DNA of 64,000 bases from Akkermansia sp. (GCA_017435505.1 JAFSEZ010000018.1:7484-71483), one strand, 5' to 3'. Positions 38,310-48,164 are shown, counted from the first letter of the stretch. Numbers and translations are program-made. The notes: generated by a model from the letters alone, not told the origin.

Positions 38310-39181
38310 AAAAAGTCCTTCTCTCCGCAACCGTTATATCAGCTGCATTGATCATAAACTCCTGTACTCATGAGCAGCCGCAAGAGAGCGCCACTGTTGT
38401 GCCCCAAGCTAACTACATGCCCGGCATGCTGCTCATGCCCGGAGCCCCCGGCAGCGTGTATACCGGAAGTGTCAATCCTCTGAGCATCACCGGCAAAGAC
38501 CAGCCCGGTTACGTGAACGCCTACCCTGTAGGCAGCTACGAGCACTTTGTTGCCAGCCCGGAATACCCCAAAACCATGAAGGAGTATATCAATGAGCCTC
38601 TGATGAAACAGCTTACGGCTCAAAACTCTAAACTTATCATCTGCATTCCCCAGCAGCGCGCTCGTGTGTATGTGAACGGGCGAGTGGGCATGGACTGGCC
38701 GGTCTCCACCGGCACCAATGGCCATGAGACTCCCACGGGGGTGTTCCGCGTTATTGAGAAAAACAAGGATCACCACTCCAATCGCTACGGTAAGTTTGTG
38801 AATGCCCAGGGGCGCACCACGGACTCCAACGCCGATGCCAGCAAAGGCACGCCGGAAGGCATGACTTTCAGACCCGCATCCATGCCCAACTGGCATCGTC
38901 TCACATGGGACGGCGTGGGTGTACACGGTGGCAAGGTGATAGCCGGCCGCCGCCTCTCCCACGGCTGCATCCGCACACCCTACGCAACGGCTGCCAAGTT
39001 CTTTGAGTACAGCGCTATGGGTATGCCCGCCTACATCACCCGAGCGGTGGAAGACTACTACAAGGGAGGCGCGGTAAAGCCCATCGATGTGAAATATCGA
39101 CCCAAGCCGGGCAACGACTATACAGACTTGCCTATCACGCCCAAAACGATACCGGCAACAGCTGCCCCTACAGCAAGCTAA
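38306..39181 (+). CDS. L,D-transpeptidase (YkuD fold) lipoprotein
   Basis: Lipobox ALIINSC and the catalytic motif VHGG...LSHGCIRTP. It overlaps the preceding LysM gene by 4 nt. Confidence 0.88.
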   Translation: MKKVLLSATVISAALIINSCTHEQPQESATVVPQANYMPGMLLMPGAPGSVYTGSVNPLSITGKDQPGYVNAYPVGSYEHFVASPEYPKTMKEYINEPLMKQLTAQNSKLIICIPQQRARVYVNGRVGMDWPVSTGTNGHETPTGVFRVIEKNKDHHSNRYGKFVNAQGRTTDSNADASKGTPEGMTFRPASMPNWHRLTWDGVGVHGGKVIAGRRLSHGCIRTPYATAAKFFEYSAMGMPAYITRAVEDYYKGGAVKPIDVKYRPKPGNDYTDLPITPKTIPATAAPTAS

Positions 39182-39223
39182 CCGGGATTTTCTCCATTCA
39201 ATAACCTTCGGCATTTGACCGAT

Positions 39224-39637
39224 ATGACCGAACGAACCCTACGCTGCGCTAATGGGCCCTTGTATATGGGTTTTGTACTGGGTATTATCGCAGCTGCTGT
39301 GTACGTCTGCCACACACGATTAACAGGAGTATGGGAAATCTTGGGCGTAGCCGGGCTCACTCTCGTTGCCGCACTATGGGGCAGCTTCTACTATTTTCTG
39401 CGCTTTCGTATCAATGCAGAGGGGGTGACACGCAGTCTTCTTGGCCGCCATCGCAGCATTCGATGGGCAGATATCACCACAGCAGAGCTGCATCACAACC
39501 AATCGCCAGGCACAGAATCCTGCACCATCATCCTCCGTACAGCGGAGGAAAGCATCAGCCTGAGCAGTGATTTACTCCCGCTAGACCAAGTGGAAGCTCT
39601 TGCGAAAGAGCTTAAGGCGGCAGGTATATTGCCCTGA
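39224..39637 (+). CDS. small membrane protein with a possible bacterial PH-like C-terminal domain
   Basis: Two TM helices followed by ~70 soluble residues (RSIRWADITTAEL...CTIILRTAEESISLS). The fold assignment is tentative. Confidence 0.4.
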   Translation: MTERTLRCANGPLYMGFVLGIIAAAVYVCHTRLTGVWEILGVAGLTLVAALWGSFYYFLRFRINAEGVTRSLLGRHRSIRWADITTAELHHNQSPGTESCTIILRTAEESISLSSDLLPLDQVEALAKELKAAGILP

Positions 39638-39645
39638 TTCACCTT

Positions 39646-40326
39646 CTAAACATCCATCTCTATGCCAAAGGTGGCAGAGAGCGCCGCTGTATCGAAACGC
39701 TGTGCTGTAAGTATTGGTGCAGCGACAAGAGACTCTGCATCCACGGAGCGCAGGGTAAAAAGAAGCGATGGATTAGCATCTATGAGTACCCCGGCTGCAT
39801 AAATGGCGGCAGCGGCATGAGGGCAAGGTTCTGCCCAATCTGCACACGTACAAAACATGTGCCAATCTGCGGGCTCCGGCAGCAGGCCATTTTCCGGATG
39901 GCAAAGTTGCTGCATCACGCCATCATCAATCTTGCCCGAAAGCAGGGATACGAGAGAATCAATTTGCCCGCAGCACAGCTGGCGCATGTTCTCTACACGC
40001 TCATCATCCGGGGGTTTGATGCGCAAGCTCACTTCATATAACTCATCTGCACTCACTTTGGCCGTAATGAGACCGGGTGCCACGCGTACATCCAGCACAC
40101 AACCATGGCGCAGCAGCGTGCGCCCCGGCGCCAAGCAGAGACCGCCTGCCTCGCAACGAGCCAAGTGGCGCATCCATGCCTGCCCCCAACAATGAGCTGC
40201 TAATTTACGGCACGAAGGAACAACCGGCTGAAGATGCTCCCCGGCTGCGCGCAATTCTGCCAAGCGAGCAGCAGCCAATTTACCGAGCTCCTGGGCGTTC
40301 AGACGGGGTGAGGATTCATCACACAT
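39646..40326 (-). CDS. SWIM zinc-finger protein
   Basis: 226 aa with the SWIM CxC...CxH signature (FCTCADWAEPCPHAAAAIYA) near the C-terminus. Confidence 0.75.
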   Translation of the reverse strand: MCDESSPRLNAQELGKLAAARLAELRAAGEHLQPVVPSCRKLAAHCWGQAWMRHLARCEAGGLCLAPGRTLLRHGCVLDVRVAPGLITAKVSADELYEVSLRIKPPDDERVENMRQLCCGQIDSLVSLLSGKIDDGVMQQLCHPENGLLPEPADWHMFCTCADWAEPCPHAAAAIYAAGVLIDANPSLLFTLRSVDAESLVAAPILTAQRFDTAALSATFGIEMDV

Positions 40327-40351
40327 GCCTCAATGCGGAAAAAGGGGCTTC

Positions 40352-40393
40352 AAAAAACGCACCGCAAAGCGGCTTGTCATGCTTTGCGGTGCG
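40352..40393 (-). terminator. strong rho-independent terminator after the epimerase gene
   Basis: 13-bp perfect stem CGCACCGCAAAGC/GCTTTGCGGTGCG with a 10-nt loop, followed by UUUUUU on the minus-strand RNA. Confidence 0.85.
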
Positions 40394-40415
40394 AGAAAAG
40401 AGAAGAACAAAAGTC

Positions 40416-41339
40416 TTATTTGGTCACGCTCTTAAAGTATTCAAGCGTTGTCTTGAGACCTTCTTCAAGCGTATGCTGGGGTTTCCAACCGGCAGCGCGG
40501 AGCTTATCAGCGCAAGCGCGAGAGTGCTTCACATCGCCGGGGCGCTCGGGCAGGTGCACCACCTTGGAGGTGGAACCGGCAGCTTCGATGATGATGTCTG
40601 CGAGCTTGTTGATGGTAATCTGACCGCCGTAGCCCACATTGTTCACACCGGTCACCTCAGGATGTTCTGCCACATACGCCAAAGCACCCACAATGTCTTT
40701 CACGTAGATGAAGTCACGAGTCTGCTCACCATCGCCATACACAGTAATATCCTCACCCTTGATGGCCTTTTCCATGAAGATGGGTACAGCTGCGGCGTAG
40801 GCACCCTTGGGATCCTGGCGCGGGCCGAACACATTGAAGAATCGGCAGCAGCCGGTATTAATCTGGCCGGTCGTACGGAACATATCCATGTAGTACTCGC
40901 CGTCCAGCTTGGTGATGCCATAGGGGCTCTTGGGCTCAGGGTACATTGTTTCCACTTTGGGTACTACGGGATTATCACCATAAATGGCAGCAGAGGAAGC
41001 CAACACCACCTTCTTACAACCGGCCTTGCTGGCTTCTTCCAACACAATCAGAAGACCATTCACGTTCAAATCAAGGCATTCGCGAATCTTGGTCATGGAT
41101 TCCGGAACAGAAACGAGAGCTGCCATGTGGAAAATGTAGTCCACACCCTCTACTGCCTTGGCCACGAGCTCGCGGTCGGTAATAGAACCTTCGATAAAGG
41201 TGACATTGAGGCCATCCAAGTTCTTTTTGTAGCCTGTGCGGAGGTTATCCAGCACGCGAATTTCTTCTGCCTTTCCCTGATAATGTTCTGCAATGTGAGA
41301 ACCGATGAAGCCGGCGCCGCCGGTGATAAGAATTTTCAT
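40416..41339 (-). CDS. NAD-dependent nucleotide-sugar 4-epimerase (WbpP/TviC-like extended SDR)
   Basis: MKILITGGAGFIGSH, the catalytic YxxxK (SPYGITK) and a length of 307 aa. Confidence 0.85.
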   Translation of the reverse strand: MKILITGGAGFIGSHIAEHYQGKAEEIRVLDNLRTGYKKNLDGLNVTFIEGSITDRELVAKAVEGVDYIFHMAALVSVPESMTKIRECLDLNVNGLLIVLEEASKAGCKKVVLASSAAIYGDNPVVPKVETMYPEPKSPYGITKLDGEYYMDMFRTTGQINTGCCRFFNVFGPRQDPKGAYAAAVPIFMEKAIKGEDITVYGDGEQTRDFIYVKDIVGALAYVAEHPEVTGVNNVGYGGQITINKLADIIIEAAGSTSKVVHLPERPGDVKHSRACADKLRAAGWKPQHTLEEGLKTTLEYFKSVTK

Positions 41340-41440
41340 GGTATCTAAAATAACGTTGTAGTTAACGCATACTATATTATGTCATTTCCCTCTGAATGCA
41401 AGTCCGAATCAACCATTCATCCACATTTTCAACGAAAAAA

Positions 41441-44400
41441 TCAGAGAGAATGCGGGAGGTTGTGCCCAGTGCGAGCCTCATAATCCATGCGTTGGTCATC
41501 TCCAATACCCCCTACGGCAAAATAACGCGCTGATGGGTGATTAAAGAAGAGAGCGCAAACAGATGCAGATGGAGACATCATACAAGTATCTGTCAGGCAG
41601 CATCCGGTGTGCTCCGTTGCATTGAGCAAAGCAAAGATGGTGCGTTTTTCAGCGTGATCGGGTTGGCTGGGATAGCCGCACGCAGGGCGAATCGTTGCAG
41701 AGCCCCCCTGCTCCGGCCACACCTGCAGCACGCACGCATGCGTACACTCTGCCAGGGCTTCTGCCAACATGTTGGCGAGCGCCTCGCAAAGAATAGCGTT
41801 ATAAGCATCGTTCTCAGCATTAAACTGCGCAGCCCACACATCTGCCCCGGTAATCGAAAGCTGCATAGCACCTACATAGCCATCTTGTGGCGCTACAAAA
41901 TCTGCCAACGCTAAGCGAGGCTTTTCAGATTCTTTCTGCTGACGGAGAGTATACAGCATAGTGCCACCGGCCACTTCTATATCATCTCCCACGCTGCGCG
42001 CCGGCCACACACCAAAGCAAGCACGGGCATGCAGACGTTCTTCTGCTATACCACGCGCCAGCAGGGTTCGGGCATCGTCCATGAGGCTCTGTGCCTGCGC
42101 TATCTTCTCCGCCGGAGCACCGGGGTGCATGCAGGCGCGAGCAGGATTCCACACGTCATTCATCCCATAGGTGCGAAGCAAGATGGACCAATCAGCATGC
42201 TGCATCAATTCCTCCCAGCTCAGGGAAAAATCTAGTGCCTTATTGCAGCAGGGGCAACCTTGCGGCACCGCTACAGTAAACACCCCCGTACGCAGCGGCT
42301 TCGGTTGCGGTGCGGAAGCCCAATCCGTTTGCAAGGCTTGGGCGCGGGCTTGGGCAAGGGACAACAGAGGCACTTTTTTCTCGGCATAGCTCCGGCGCAT
42401 CTCTTGCTGCTGCGCAAGGATAGCTTCTCGGTATTCTGCCTTGCCACCGCCAAGCAACGCAGAAGCCACCGGCACAATGGTGGAAGCATCTGCCGTTTGC
42501 ACCACCACACCGGCCGGATACAGGGGCGCAAGTTTGAGGGCCGTATGCATGGGGCTGGTAGTTGCACCACCCACCAACAGGGGGAGGGTGTGCCCGCTCT
42601 CTTGCAACGCCTTGGCCACGGTTGCCATTTCATCCAATGACGGAGTGATGAGCCCCGACAAAGCCACCAAATCCGCCTTTTCCGTTTCGATGGCTTGCAA
42701 AATCCTCTCAAGCGGCACCATCACCCCCAAATCCACCACACGGAATCCGTTGCACGCCAAGACAACGCCCACGATATTTTTACCTATATCATGCACATCC
42801 CCTTTCACCGTGGCCAACACCACAGTACCGGCAGCAGTACTCTGCCCTTGACCGGCTTCCAGCAATGGGGTGAGCACAGCCACGCTTTGTTTCATGACGC
42901 GAGCACTCTTCACCACCTGCGGCAGGAACATTTTGCCCGAACCAAAGAGCTCACCCACCTGTTTCATGCCATCCATCAGCGGCCCCTCAATGACAGCCAA
43001 GGGCGAACCGCATTGCTCCAAAGCCTCGCGTGTATCCTGCTCCACATAGGTGCTGATACCTTTCACGAGAGCATGCGCCAAGCGCTCACTCACGCTACCC
43101 TTGCGCCAATCGGCCTGAGCCGGAGCAGCTTGGGATGCCGGAGCTCCGGCAGAGAGGGCTTTTTCCCGTTCACGGGCTGCAGCCAGTTCCTGCGCATAGG
43201 AAATGAGGCACTCTGTGGCCTCCTCTGTGCTGTTGAGCAACACATCGTCCACCAACTTACGGCGGTGAGCGGGGATTTCCTCATATCTACCCATCAGCGC
43301 GGCATTCACGATACAAATATCCAATCCCCCGGCAGCAGCATGGTGCAGGAAGGCCGAGTGCATAGCCTCGCGCACGGGATTGTTGCCACGGAAAGAGAAA
43401 GAAACATTGGAAATGCCGCCGGAGATGTGGCAATTCGGGTGGCAACGCGTTATTTCTGCTGCGGCTTGGAAGAAGTGCAGTGCATGGTTGGCGTGTTCCG
43501 CAATACCTGTACCAACCGTCAGCACATTGGGGTCAAAGATGATGTCTTCTTCCGGGAAACCGACTTTGTTGACCAACAACTCATACGCACGATGAGCAAT
43601 GGCTACGCGGTCCTCCAATCCGCTGGCTTGTCCGTTTTCATCAAAGCCCATCACCACAACAGCCGCCCCGTATCGGCGCAGCAAACGTGCATGGTGCAGG
43701 AACTCTTCCTCACCATTCTTCAGCGAAATAGAATTAACTATTCCTTTCCCCTGCAAACAACGCAAGCCGGCTTCAATTACCTCCCACTTGGAGGAATCTA
43801 TCATGAACGGCACACGGGCAATATCAGGTTCAGACGCTACCAAATTGAGGAAACGCGTCATGGCTTCCGGGCCGTCAATCATACCGTCATCGAAGCAGAA
43901 ATCAAGCACGCGAGCCCCTTTCTCCACCTGCTGGCGGGCAATCTCCAGAGCTTCGGTGTAATTGCCCTCTCGCACAAGACGAGCGAACTTAGGAGAGCCG
44001 GCCACGTTGCAGCGCTCTCCGATAAAAAGCGTACCATCAGCCCGATTGTGACTGAGTGGTTCCAAACCGGATAAGCGCATGGTCCCCCCGGCCGGTCGGC
44101 TTGAGATAACACGCGGTGCAAATCCTGCCACAGCCTCACGCATGGCAGCAATATATTCCGGAGTGGTACCACAGCACCCCCCCACCATGTTCAGCAACCC
44201 CTCTTGAGCATAAAGTCGCAGAATCTCCGCCATGTGTGCAGCACTATGTGCATAGCCGGTTGGGCTGAGCGGATCCGGCAGACCGGCGTTGGGGTACATG
44301 CTGACAGCACAATCAGCCAGAGCAGATAGTTCACGGGCAAAAGGCAGCATCAAATCAGCCCCCAACGCACAATTAATACCGATGGAAAGAGGCTTTGCGT

Positions 44401-45187
44401 GGCGCACGGAATTCCAGAATGCCTCCACAGTCTGCCCCGAAAGGGTACGCCCGGCTTTATCAGTAATGGTGAAACTAATCATCACCGGGGGCAGTTCCAT
44501 GCTCTCCCGCAATTCATCTATGGCAAACAGGCACGCTTTGGCATTGAGTGTGTCAAAAATCGTTTCCAGCAGCAACACATCCACCCCGCCCTCTACCAGA
44601 GCCAGCACTTGCTCACGATAAGCGCGGCGCAATTGGTCGAAATTAACCGCACGGTATCCGGGGTCATTCACATCGGGCGAAAGAGAGGCGGTAACAGCCA
44701 TCGGGCCAATAGAACCGGCCACCAAGCAGGTGCGCTTCTCGCGTTCCTCGGCGGCATCGGCTGCTTCACGAGCGATGCGGCAGGCCGCTAAGTTTAATTC
44801 TCGCACGATGGCGGCCAACTTTTCATCAGCAAGCACCCCTTCGTAGTATGCTTGGTTGTGCAGTCCCGGAGCAGCAAGATGAAAGAACTCATGCTGCCCA
44901 ATACTTGTGGCAGAGAACGTGCACGTGCTCACCATATCCGAGCCCGCCGCAAAGTAGGCATCGTGAATACTGCGGAGCAGCTGTGGCTGGGTAAGGGGAA
45001 GCACATCGTTGTTATTTTTCAAATCGCAGGGATATGCCCGCGTATCAACAAAGCGAGAACCGCGATAATCCGCCTCCTGCAAGCGGTGCTTCTGCACCAT
45101 CGTCCCCATACCGCCATCCAGTATCAGGATGCGTTCTTGCAGGGTTGATTTCAAAAACTCTTGTCGCGAAGCAGCTGTGCTTTTCAT
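41441..45187 (-). CDS. metH: cobalamin-dependent methionine synthase
   Basis: All four modules are present: the Hcy-binding barrel, the pterin-binding barrel, the B12 cap and Rossmann module with [11 protein letters not shown] (DxHxxG), and the AdoMet reactivation domain. Start placed at [11 protein letters not shown] because the upstream ATG at 45247 lies inside a terminator hairpin. Confidence 0.95.
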   Translation of the reverse strand: MKSTAASRQEFLKSTLQERILILDGGMGTMVQKHRLQEADYRGSRFVDTRAYPCDLKNNNDVLPLTQPQLLRSIHDAYFAAGSDMVSTCTFSATSIGQHEFFHLAAPGLHNQAYYEGVLADEKLAAIVRELNLAACRIAREAADAAEEREKRTCLVAGSIGPMAVTASLSPDVNDPGYRAVNFDQLRRAYREQVLALVEGGVDVLLLETIFDTLNAKACLFAIDELRESMELPPVMISFTITDKAGRTLSGQTVEAFWNSVRHAKPLSIGINCALGADLMLPFARELSALADCAVSMYPNAGLPDPLSPTGYAHSAAHMAEILRLYAQEGLLNMVGGCCGTTPEYIAAMREAVAGFAPRVISSRPAGGTMRLSGLEPLSHNRADGTLFIGERCNVAGSPKFARLVREGNYTEALEIARQQVEKGARVLDFCFDDGMIDGPEAMTRFLNLVASEPDIARVPFMIDSSKWEVIEAGLRCLQGKGIVNSISLKNGEEEFLHHARLLRRYGAAVVVMGFDENGQASGLEDRVAIAHRAYELLVNKVGFPEEDIIFDPNVLTVGTGIAEHANHALHFFQAAAEITRCHPNCHISGGISNVSFSFRGNNPVREAMHSAFLHHAAAGGLDICIVNAALMGRYEEIPAHRRKLVDDVLLNSTEEATECLISYAQELAAAREREKALSAGAPASQAAPAQADWRKGSVSERLAHALVKGISTYVEQDTREALEQCGSPLAVIEGPLMDGMKQVGELFGSGKMFLPQVVKSARVMKQSVAVLTPLLEAGQGQSTAAGTVVLATVKGDVHDIGKNIVGVVLACNGFRVVDLGVMVPLERILQAIETEKADLVALSGLITPSLDEMATVAKALQESGHTLPLLVGGATTSPMHTALKLAPLYPAGVVVQTADASTIVPVASALLGGGKAEYREAILAQQQEMRRSYAEKKVPLLSLAQARAQALQTDWASAPQPKPLRTGVFTVAVPQGCPCCNKALDFSLSWEELMQHADWSILLRTYGMNDVWNPARACMHPGAPAEKIAQAQSLMDDARTLLARGIAEERLHARACFGVWPARSVGDDIEVAGGTMLYTLRQQKESEKPRLALADFVAPQDGYVGAMQLSITGADVWAAQFNAENDAYNAILCEALANMLAEALAECTHACVLQVWPEQGGSATIRPACGYPSQPDHAEKRTIFALLNATEHTGCCLTDTCMMSPSASVCALFFNHPSARYFAVGGIGDDQRMDYEARTGHNLPHSL

Positions 45188-45215
45188 CTTAACTTTTTCT
45201 GGGGAAAGGGGGTGG

Positions 45216-45260
45216 AGTAAAAGAAAGAGGCTCTGTCGCAGTCTCACGCTGCCGACAGAG
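45216..45260 (-). terminator. rho-independent terminator after nuoA
   Basis: The minus-strand RNA forms CUCUGUCG(G)CAG-CGUGAGA-CUGCGACAGAG (11 bp with a 1-nt bulge), followed by CCUCUUUCUUUUAC. Confidence 0.6.
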
Positions 45261-45295
45261 CCAACACATTTTTCATGGAGAACGGCCTCTCCGTC

Positions 45296-45688
45296 TCAAC
45301 GGCGCGGAGCCGGGTTACGGTGCCATACGATGACACCCTTGGCCCAAGCATAAAGGTAGGCTACCATGAGCACGGCTATGAAAATCGTCATGGAGGCAAA
45401 AGCTGCACCATTGTTCACCACAATATCTTTGAATCCCAAGGCCCACGGATACAGGAAAATAACCTCCAAATCAAACACGAGGAACAAAATAGCCACCATG
45501 TAATATTTGATGGAGAAGAAAGCAGGCGCACCATCGCCCTCAGGCACATTACCGCATTCGTAGGGAATGTGGGAAGGATTGCGCAGTTTGGCACGGCGCC
45601 CGAAGATAACGCTCAAGATAATAATGAGCCCGGCGAATCCAAAACCGGCCACCAACTGAATGAATGCTGAAAAATACTCCTGAAGCAT
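45296..45688 (-). CDS. nuoA: NADH-quinone oxidoreductase subunit A
   Basis: 130 aa from MLQEYF with three TM helices and the NuoA/ND3 signature PYECG....FSIKYYMVAILFLVFDLEVIFLYPWA. The longer ORF-track start at 45955 adds non-homologous sequence that crosses the upstream terminator. Confidence 0.85.
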   Translation of the reverse strand: MLQEYFSAFIQLVAGFGFAGLIIILSVIFGRRAKLRNPSHIPYECGNVPEGDGAPAFFSIKYYMVAILFLVFDLEVIFLYPWALGFKDIVVNNGAAFASMTIFIAVLMVAYLYAWAKGVIVWHRNPAPRR

Positions 45689-45701
45689 AGCGAACGCCCC
45701 T

Positions 45702-45730
45702 TTTATAGCACCATGTCCCCCGCATGTCAA
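45702..45730 (-). promoter_or_regulatory. near-consensus promoter for nuoA (TTGACA-17-TATAAA)
   Basis: Minus strand: -35 at 45730-45725 and -10 at 45707-45702, 13 nt before the ATG. Confidence 0.55.
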
Positions 45731-45776
45731 TCCTATAATGCCCTGCTCTGCGGTTTGATGAACAAATGACACTGGT

Positions 45777-45820
45777 GAAAAAAGAAAAACACCCGCCCGG
45801 CAAACAGAGCCGAGCGAGTG
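45777..45820 (-). terminator. rho-independent terminator after the aminotransferase gene
   Basis: RNA stem CACUCGCUCGGC/GCCGGGCGGGUG (12 bp including 2 G-U pairs) with a 7-nt loop, then UUUUUCUUUUUU. Confidence 0.8.
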
Positions 45821-45851
45821 ATAAACATAAATTCCCGCAGGAGTTAGCAGC

Positions 45852-47018
45852 TTATGCCTTCTTGCAGAATTCCTCCAAGCGGTCGAGACCTTCCTTGAGG
45901 ACATCCAGTGAGGTGCAGTAGGAAATGCGGATAGCCTTATCGTTGCCGAATGCAATACCGGGAACAGCCGCTACCTTGTAGCGTTCCAGCAACTTCTCAC
46001 ACAAATCCAGAGAGCCAAGTCCCAACTCCGTTGTGTCAATGAAGAAATAGAAAGCACCCTTGGGTTCCACCACCTTAATCTTGGGCATCTGGCTCAGGCG
46101 ACCATATACATACTGGCGGCGGAAATCGTACTCCTCGCGCAAGTCATCAATGAAAGACTGATCTCCGCTGAGCGCCTCGATAGCGCCATACTGGCAGAAA
46201 GTCGTAGCATTGGAAGCGGTATGATCCTGAATAAGCTTAATTGCGTTGGCAATTTCTACCGGGGCAGCAGAGTAACCAAGGCGCCAGCCGGTCATGGCAT
46301 AGCCCTTGGAGAAACCATTGATAGTGATGGTCAGATTATAGAGTTCCTTGGAAAGAGAAGCCATGGAAACATGTTTCTCATCTCCGTAGATAAGGTGCTC
46401 ATAAATTTCATCGGCCATGATGAGGATGTCTTCCTCCACCGCAACTTCACCGATAGCGCGCAGTTCTTCCTCGCTGTATACAGCACCGGTCGGGTTGTGC
46501 GGCGTAGTCAGGATAATCATCTTGGTGCGAGGAGTCATGGCATCTGCAAACTCTTCGGCCGTAATCTTCCAACCATTCTCAGGCTTAGTCTCTACAAACA
46601 CGGGAGTACCGCCGCAAAGCTGCACCATGGAGGGGTAGCTTACCCAGTAGGGAGAGGGGATGATAACCTCGTCCCCCTCGCTGATGGTGGCTCGCAGAGC
46701 ACTGTACACGGCAGGCTTAGCGCCGGATGTCACACAAATCTGGTTGGGAGTATAATCCAAGCCGTTGTCGCGCTTGAGCTTTTCGCTGATAGCCTGGCGC
46801 AGCTGGGGCAAGCCCACGGAGGGAGTGTACTTGGTAGCGCCATTTTCCAAAGCCTTAATGGCAGCCTGCTTAATGTTATCGGGCGTATCCTTATCGGGCT
46901 CGCCACCGGCAAGACCGTATACCTGCTCGCCCTTGGCTTTCATCTCCTTGGCACGGTTAGTCACAGCAAGCGTCAGGGAGGGCGAGAGGGCAGCAACGTT
47001 GGTTGAGATAAAGTCCAT
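45852..47018 (-). CDS. class I pyridoxal-phosphate aminotransferase (aspartate aminotransferase-like)
   Basis: 388 aa with the PLP-lysine context INGFSKGYAMTGWRLGY and the PHNPTG motif. Confidence 0.9.
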   Translation of the reverse strand: MDFISTNVAALSPSLTLAVTNRAKEMKAKGEQVYGLAGGEPDKDTPDNIKQAAIKALENGATKYTPSVGLPQLRQAISEKLKRDNGLDYTPNQICVTSGAKPAVYSALRATISEGDEVIIPSPYWVSYPSMVQLCGGTPVFVETKPENGWKITAEEFADAMTPRTKMIILTTPHNPTGAVYSEEELRAIGEVAVEEDILIMADEIYEHLIYGDEKHVSMASLSKELYNLTITINGFSKGYAMTGWRLGYSAAPVEIANAIKLIQDHTASNATTFCQYGAIEALSGDQSFIDDLREEYDFRRQYVYGRLSQMPKIKVVEPKGAFYFFIDTTELGLGSLDLCEKLLERYKVAAVPGIAFGNDKAIRISYCTSLDVLKEGLDRLEEFCKKA

Positions 47019-47084
47019 TGCGAAAATGTAAATGTTTGGTGTTGATGACTGGGCGGATGCGAACGCTGAGATGGCGTCCGAAGG

Positions 47085-47113
47085 ATTATACTCTTACTCC
47101 CAGCTAAGTGCAA
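47085..47113 (-). promoter_or_regulatory. near-consensus promoter for the aminotransferase gene (TTGCAC-17-TATAAT)
   Basis: Minus strand: -35 at 47113-47108 and -10 at 47090-47085, about 66 nt before the ATG at 47018. Confidence 0.55.
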
Positions 47114-47154
47114 GGAAAATATGTGTTCCTGACACGCTTGTGAGAGTGGCAAAA

Positions 47155-47970
47155 TTAAATGCGACAAGATGAGGGCACAAAAAAGGTGATTTTCTGAATG
47201 AGAGATGGTTTCACTAATTCACCAAAACCAAAAATACACTCTCTATATGTAAAACACCCAAGAACTACCCAGCGATTATGCTCGACTGCTGCAAGCAAAT
47301 CGGCATTATTGTCCAGCTTGATATGCAGCTCATCCCCTTTATTTGCCAGATAGTCGACTCCATGTTCATCATTTAAATCAACCCTGTTGATACCTATACT
47401 ACGCAGCATAGACCATAACATGTACGAGCGGTATCGATTGGTAAATTTGGCTCGCAGTCCCAAAGCATCCCAACTTTCCTTTCCATGGCCGTCATCTTCC
47501 ATATCTTTGAGCATCAGCTTCCATTCGGTGATATTATGGTAGTTCCCGCAGACCGAATCTTCATGTATCAACATACGTCTGGCTTTCGTGTAAGCCAAAT
47601 GCGATATCAATGCGCGTTCTTCCGTCTCGGGATGCAGGATAAACTCCCTGTTTCTCATGCCAAAGCTTTTCACGCGACCATAGTCAATATCCTCATCTCT
47701 ACCGTACTCCCTCCACGAGGGAGAATGAAGGGCTCTTAACAATCCGGCTCCCGTTTCCTGACGAGCAAGGATTTGAATTTCTCTTTTCTTCTCATAGTAT
47801 TCACTCGGCAAGCTCACAGCCAATGCCGTTGAATCACACTCCTTGCTCACGCATACAGCCACTGTCACAATCGCATTTTCTTCTTTTGCGTATTTTGCCA
47901 ATAATCGTTGAACGGCTCGATCATTCATAGCTCGCGCCGGTGTTCTTTTTCTCATGTTGTTTGTTAGCAT
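47155..47970 (-). CDS. hypothetical protein, AT-rich gene, with a C-terminal RyR-like (EHxRW) motif
   Basis: 271-aa ORF. The segment ESWDALGLRAKFTNRYRSYMLWSMLRSIGI...LLAAVEHNRWVVLGCFTY resembles the W..L....NR....L..IG...EH.RW....GW.YG pattern of bacterial RyR-type domains. Its composition is clearly AT-richer than the flanking genes. Confidence 0.5.
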   Translation of the reverse strand: MLTNNMRKRTPARAMNDRAVQRLLAKYAKEENAIVTVAVCVSKECDSTALAVSLPSEYYEKKREIQILARQETGAGLLRALHSPSWREYGRDEDIDYGRVKSFGMRNREFILHPETEERALISHLAYTKARRMLIHEDSVCGNYHNITEWKLMLKDMEDDGHGKESWDALGLRAKFTNRYRSYMLWSMLRSIGINRVDLNDEHGVDYLANKGDELHIKLDNNADLLAAVEHNRWVVLGCFTYRECIFGFGELVKPSLIQKITFFVPSSCRI

Positions 47971-48120
47971 CAGGCAACCCTACAATTGCTTATTTCCTCA
48001 TTTTATGAGACACATGGATATCGAGTAGCCAGAATGATGAGGCATTCGTGTTTCGAGGTCTCCTCCTTGAGACGATTCCGTTCGGTGACCGGATTTTTGA
48101 GTCAATGCCTTAGCGCAGGA

Positions 48121-48150
48121 TTGACCGCGCAGAGGCGCGTGTGGTATGAT
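48121..48150 (+). promoter_or_regulatory. candidate promoter for ligA (TTGACC-18-TATGAT with TGg extended -10)
   Basis: -35 at 48121-48126 and -10 at 48145-48150, 14 nt before the ATG at 48165. Confidence 0.45.
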
Positions 48151-48164
48151 GCGCGTATTCGGAT

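Noticed and set aside
40077-44074. Long plus-strand ORFs (423 aa and 459 aa) opposite the epimerase gene and metH
   Set aside because: They are antisense shadow ORFs with low-complexity, His/Gly-rich translations, and the sense genes have strong family signatures.
45188-45247. Upstream ATG (45247) as the metH start
   Set aside because: That codon lies inside the nuoA terminator hairpin (45231-45260). The added 20 residues ([20 protein letters not shown]) are not part of the Hcy-binding domain.
45689-45955. N-terminal extension of the nuoA ORF (219-aa version in the ORF track)
   Set aside because: The extension has no NuoA similarity. It runs across the aminotransferase terminator (45777-45820) and the TTGACA-17-TATAAA promoter, so the start at 45688 (MLQEYF) is preferred.
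47019-47154. Possible small RNA (SRP-like 'GUCCGAAGGA' word) in the 136-nt spacer
   Set aside because: It does not reproduce the conserved SRP domain IV motif or a symmetric helix. The spacer is accounted for by a TTGCAC-17-TATAAT promoter and the leader of the aminotransferase gene.
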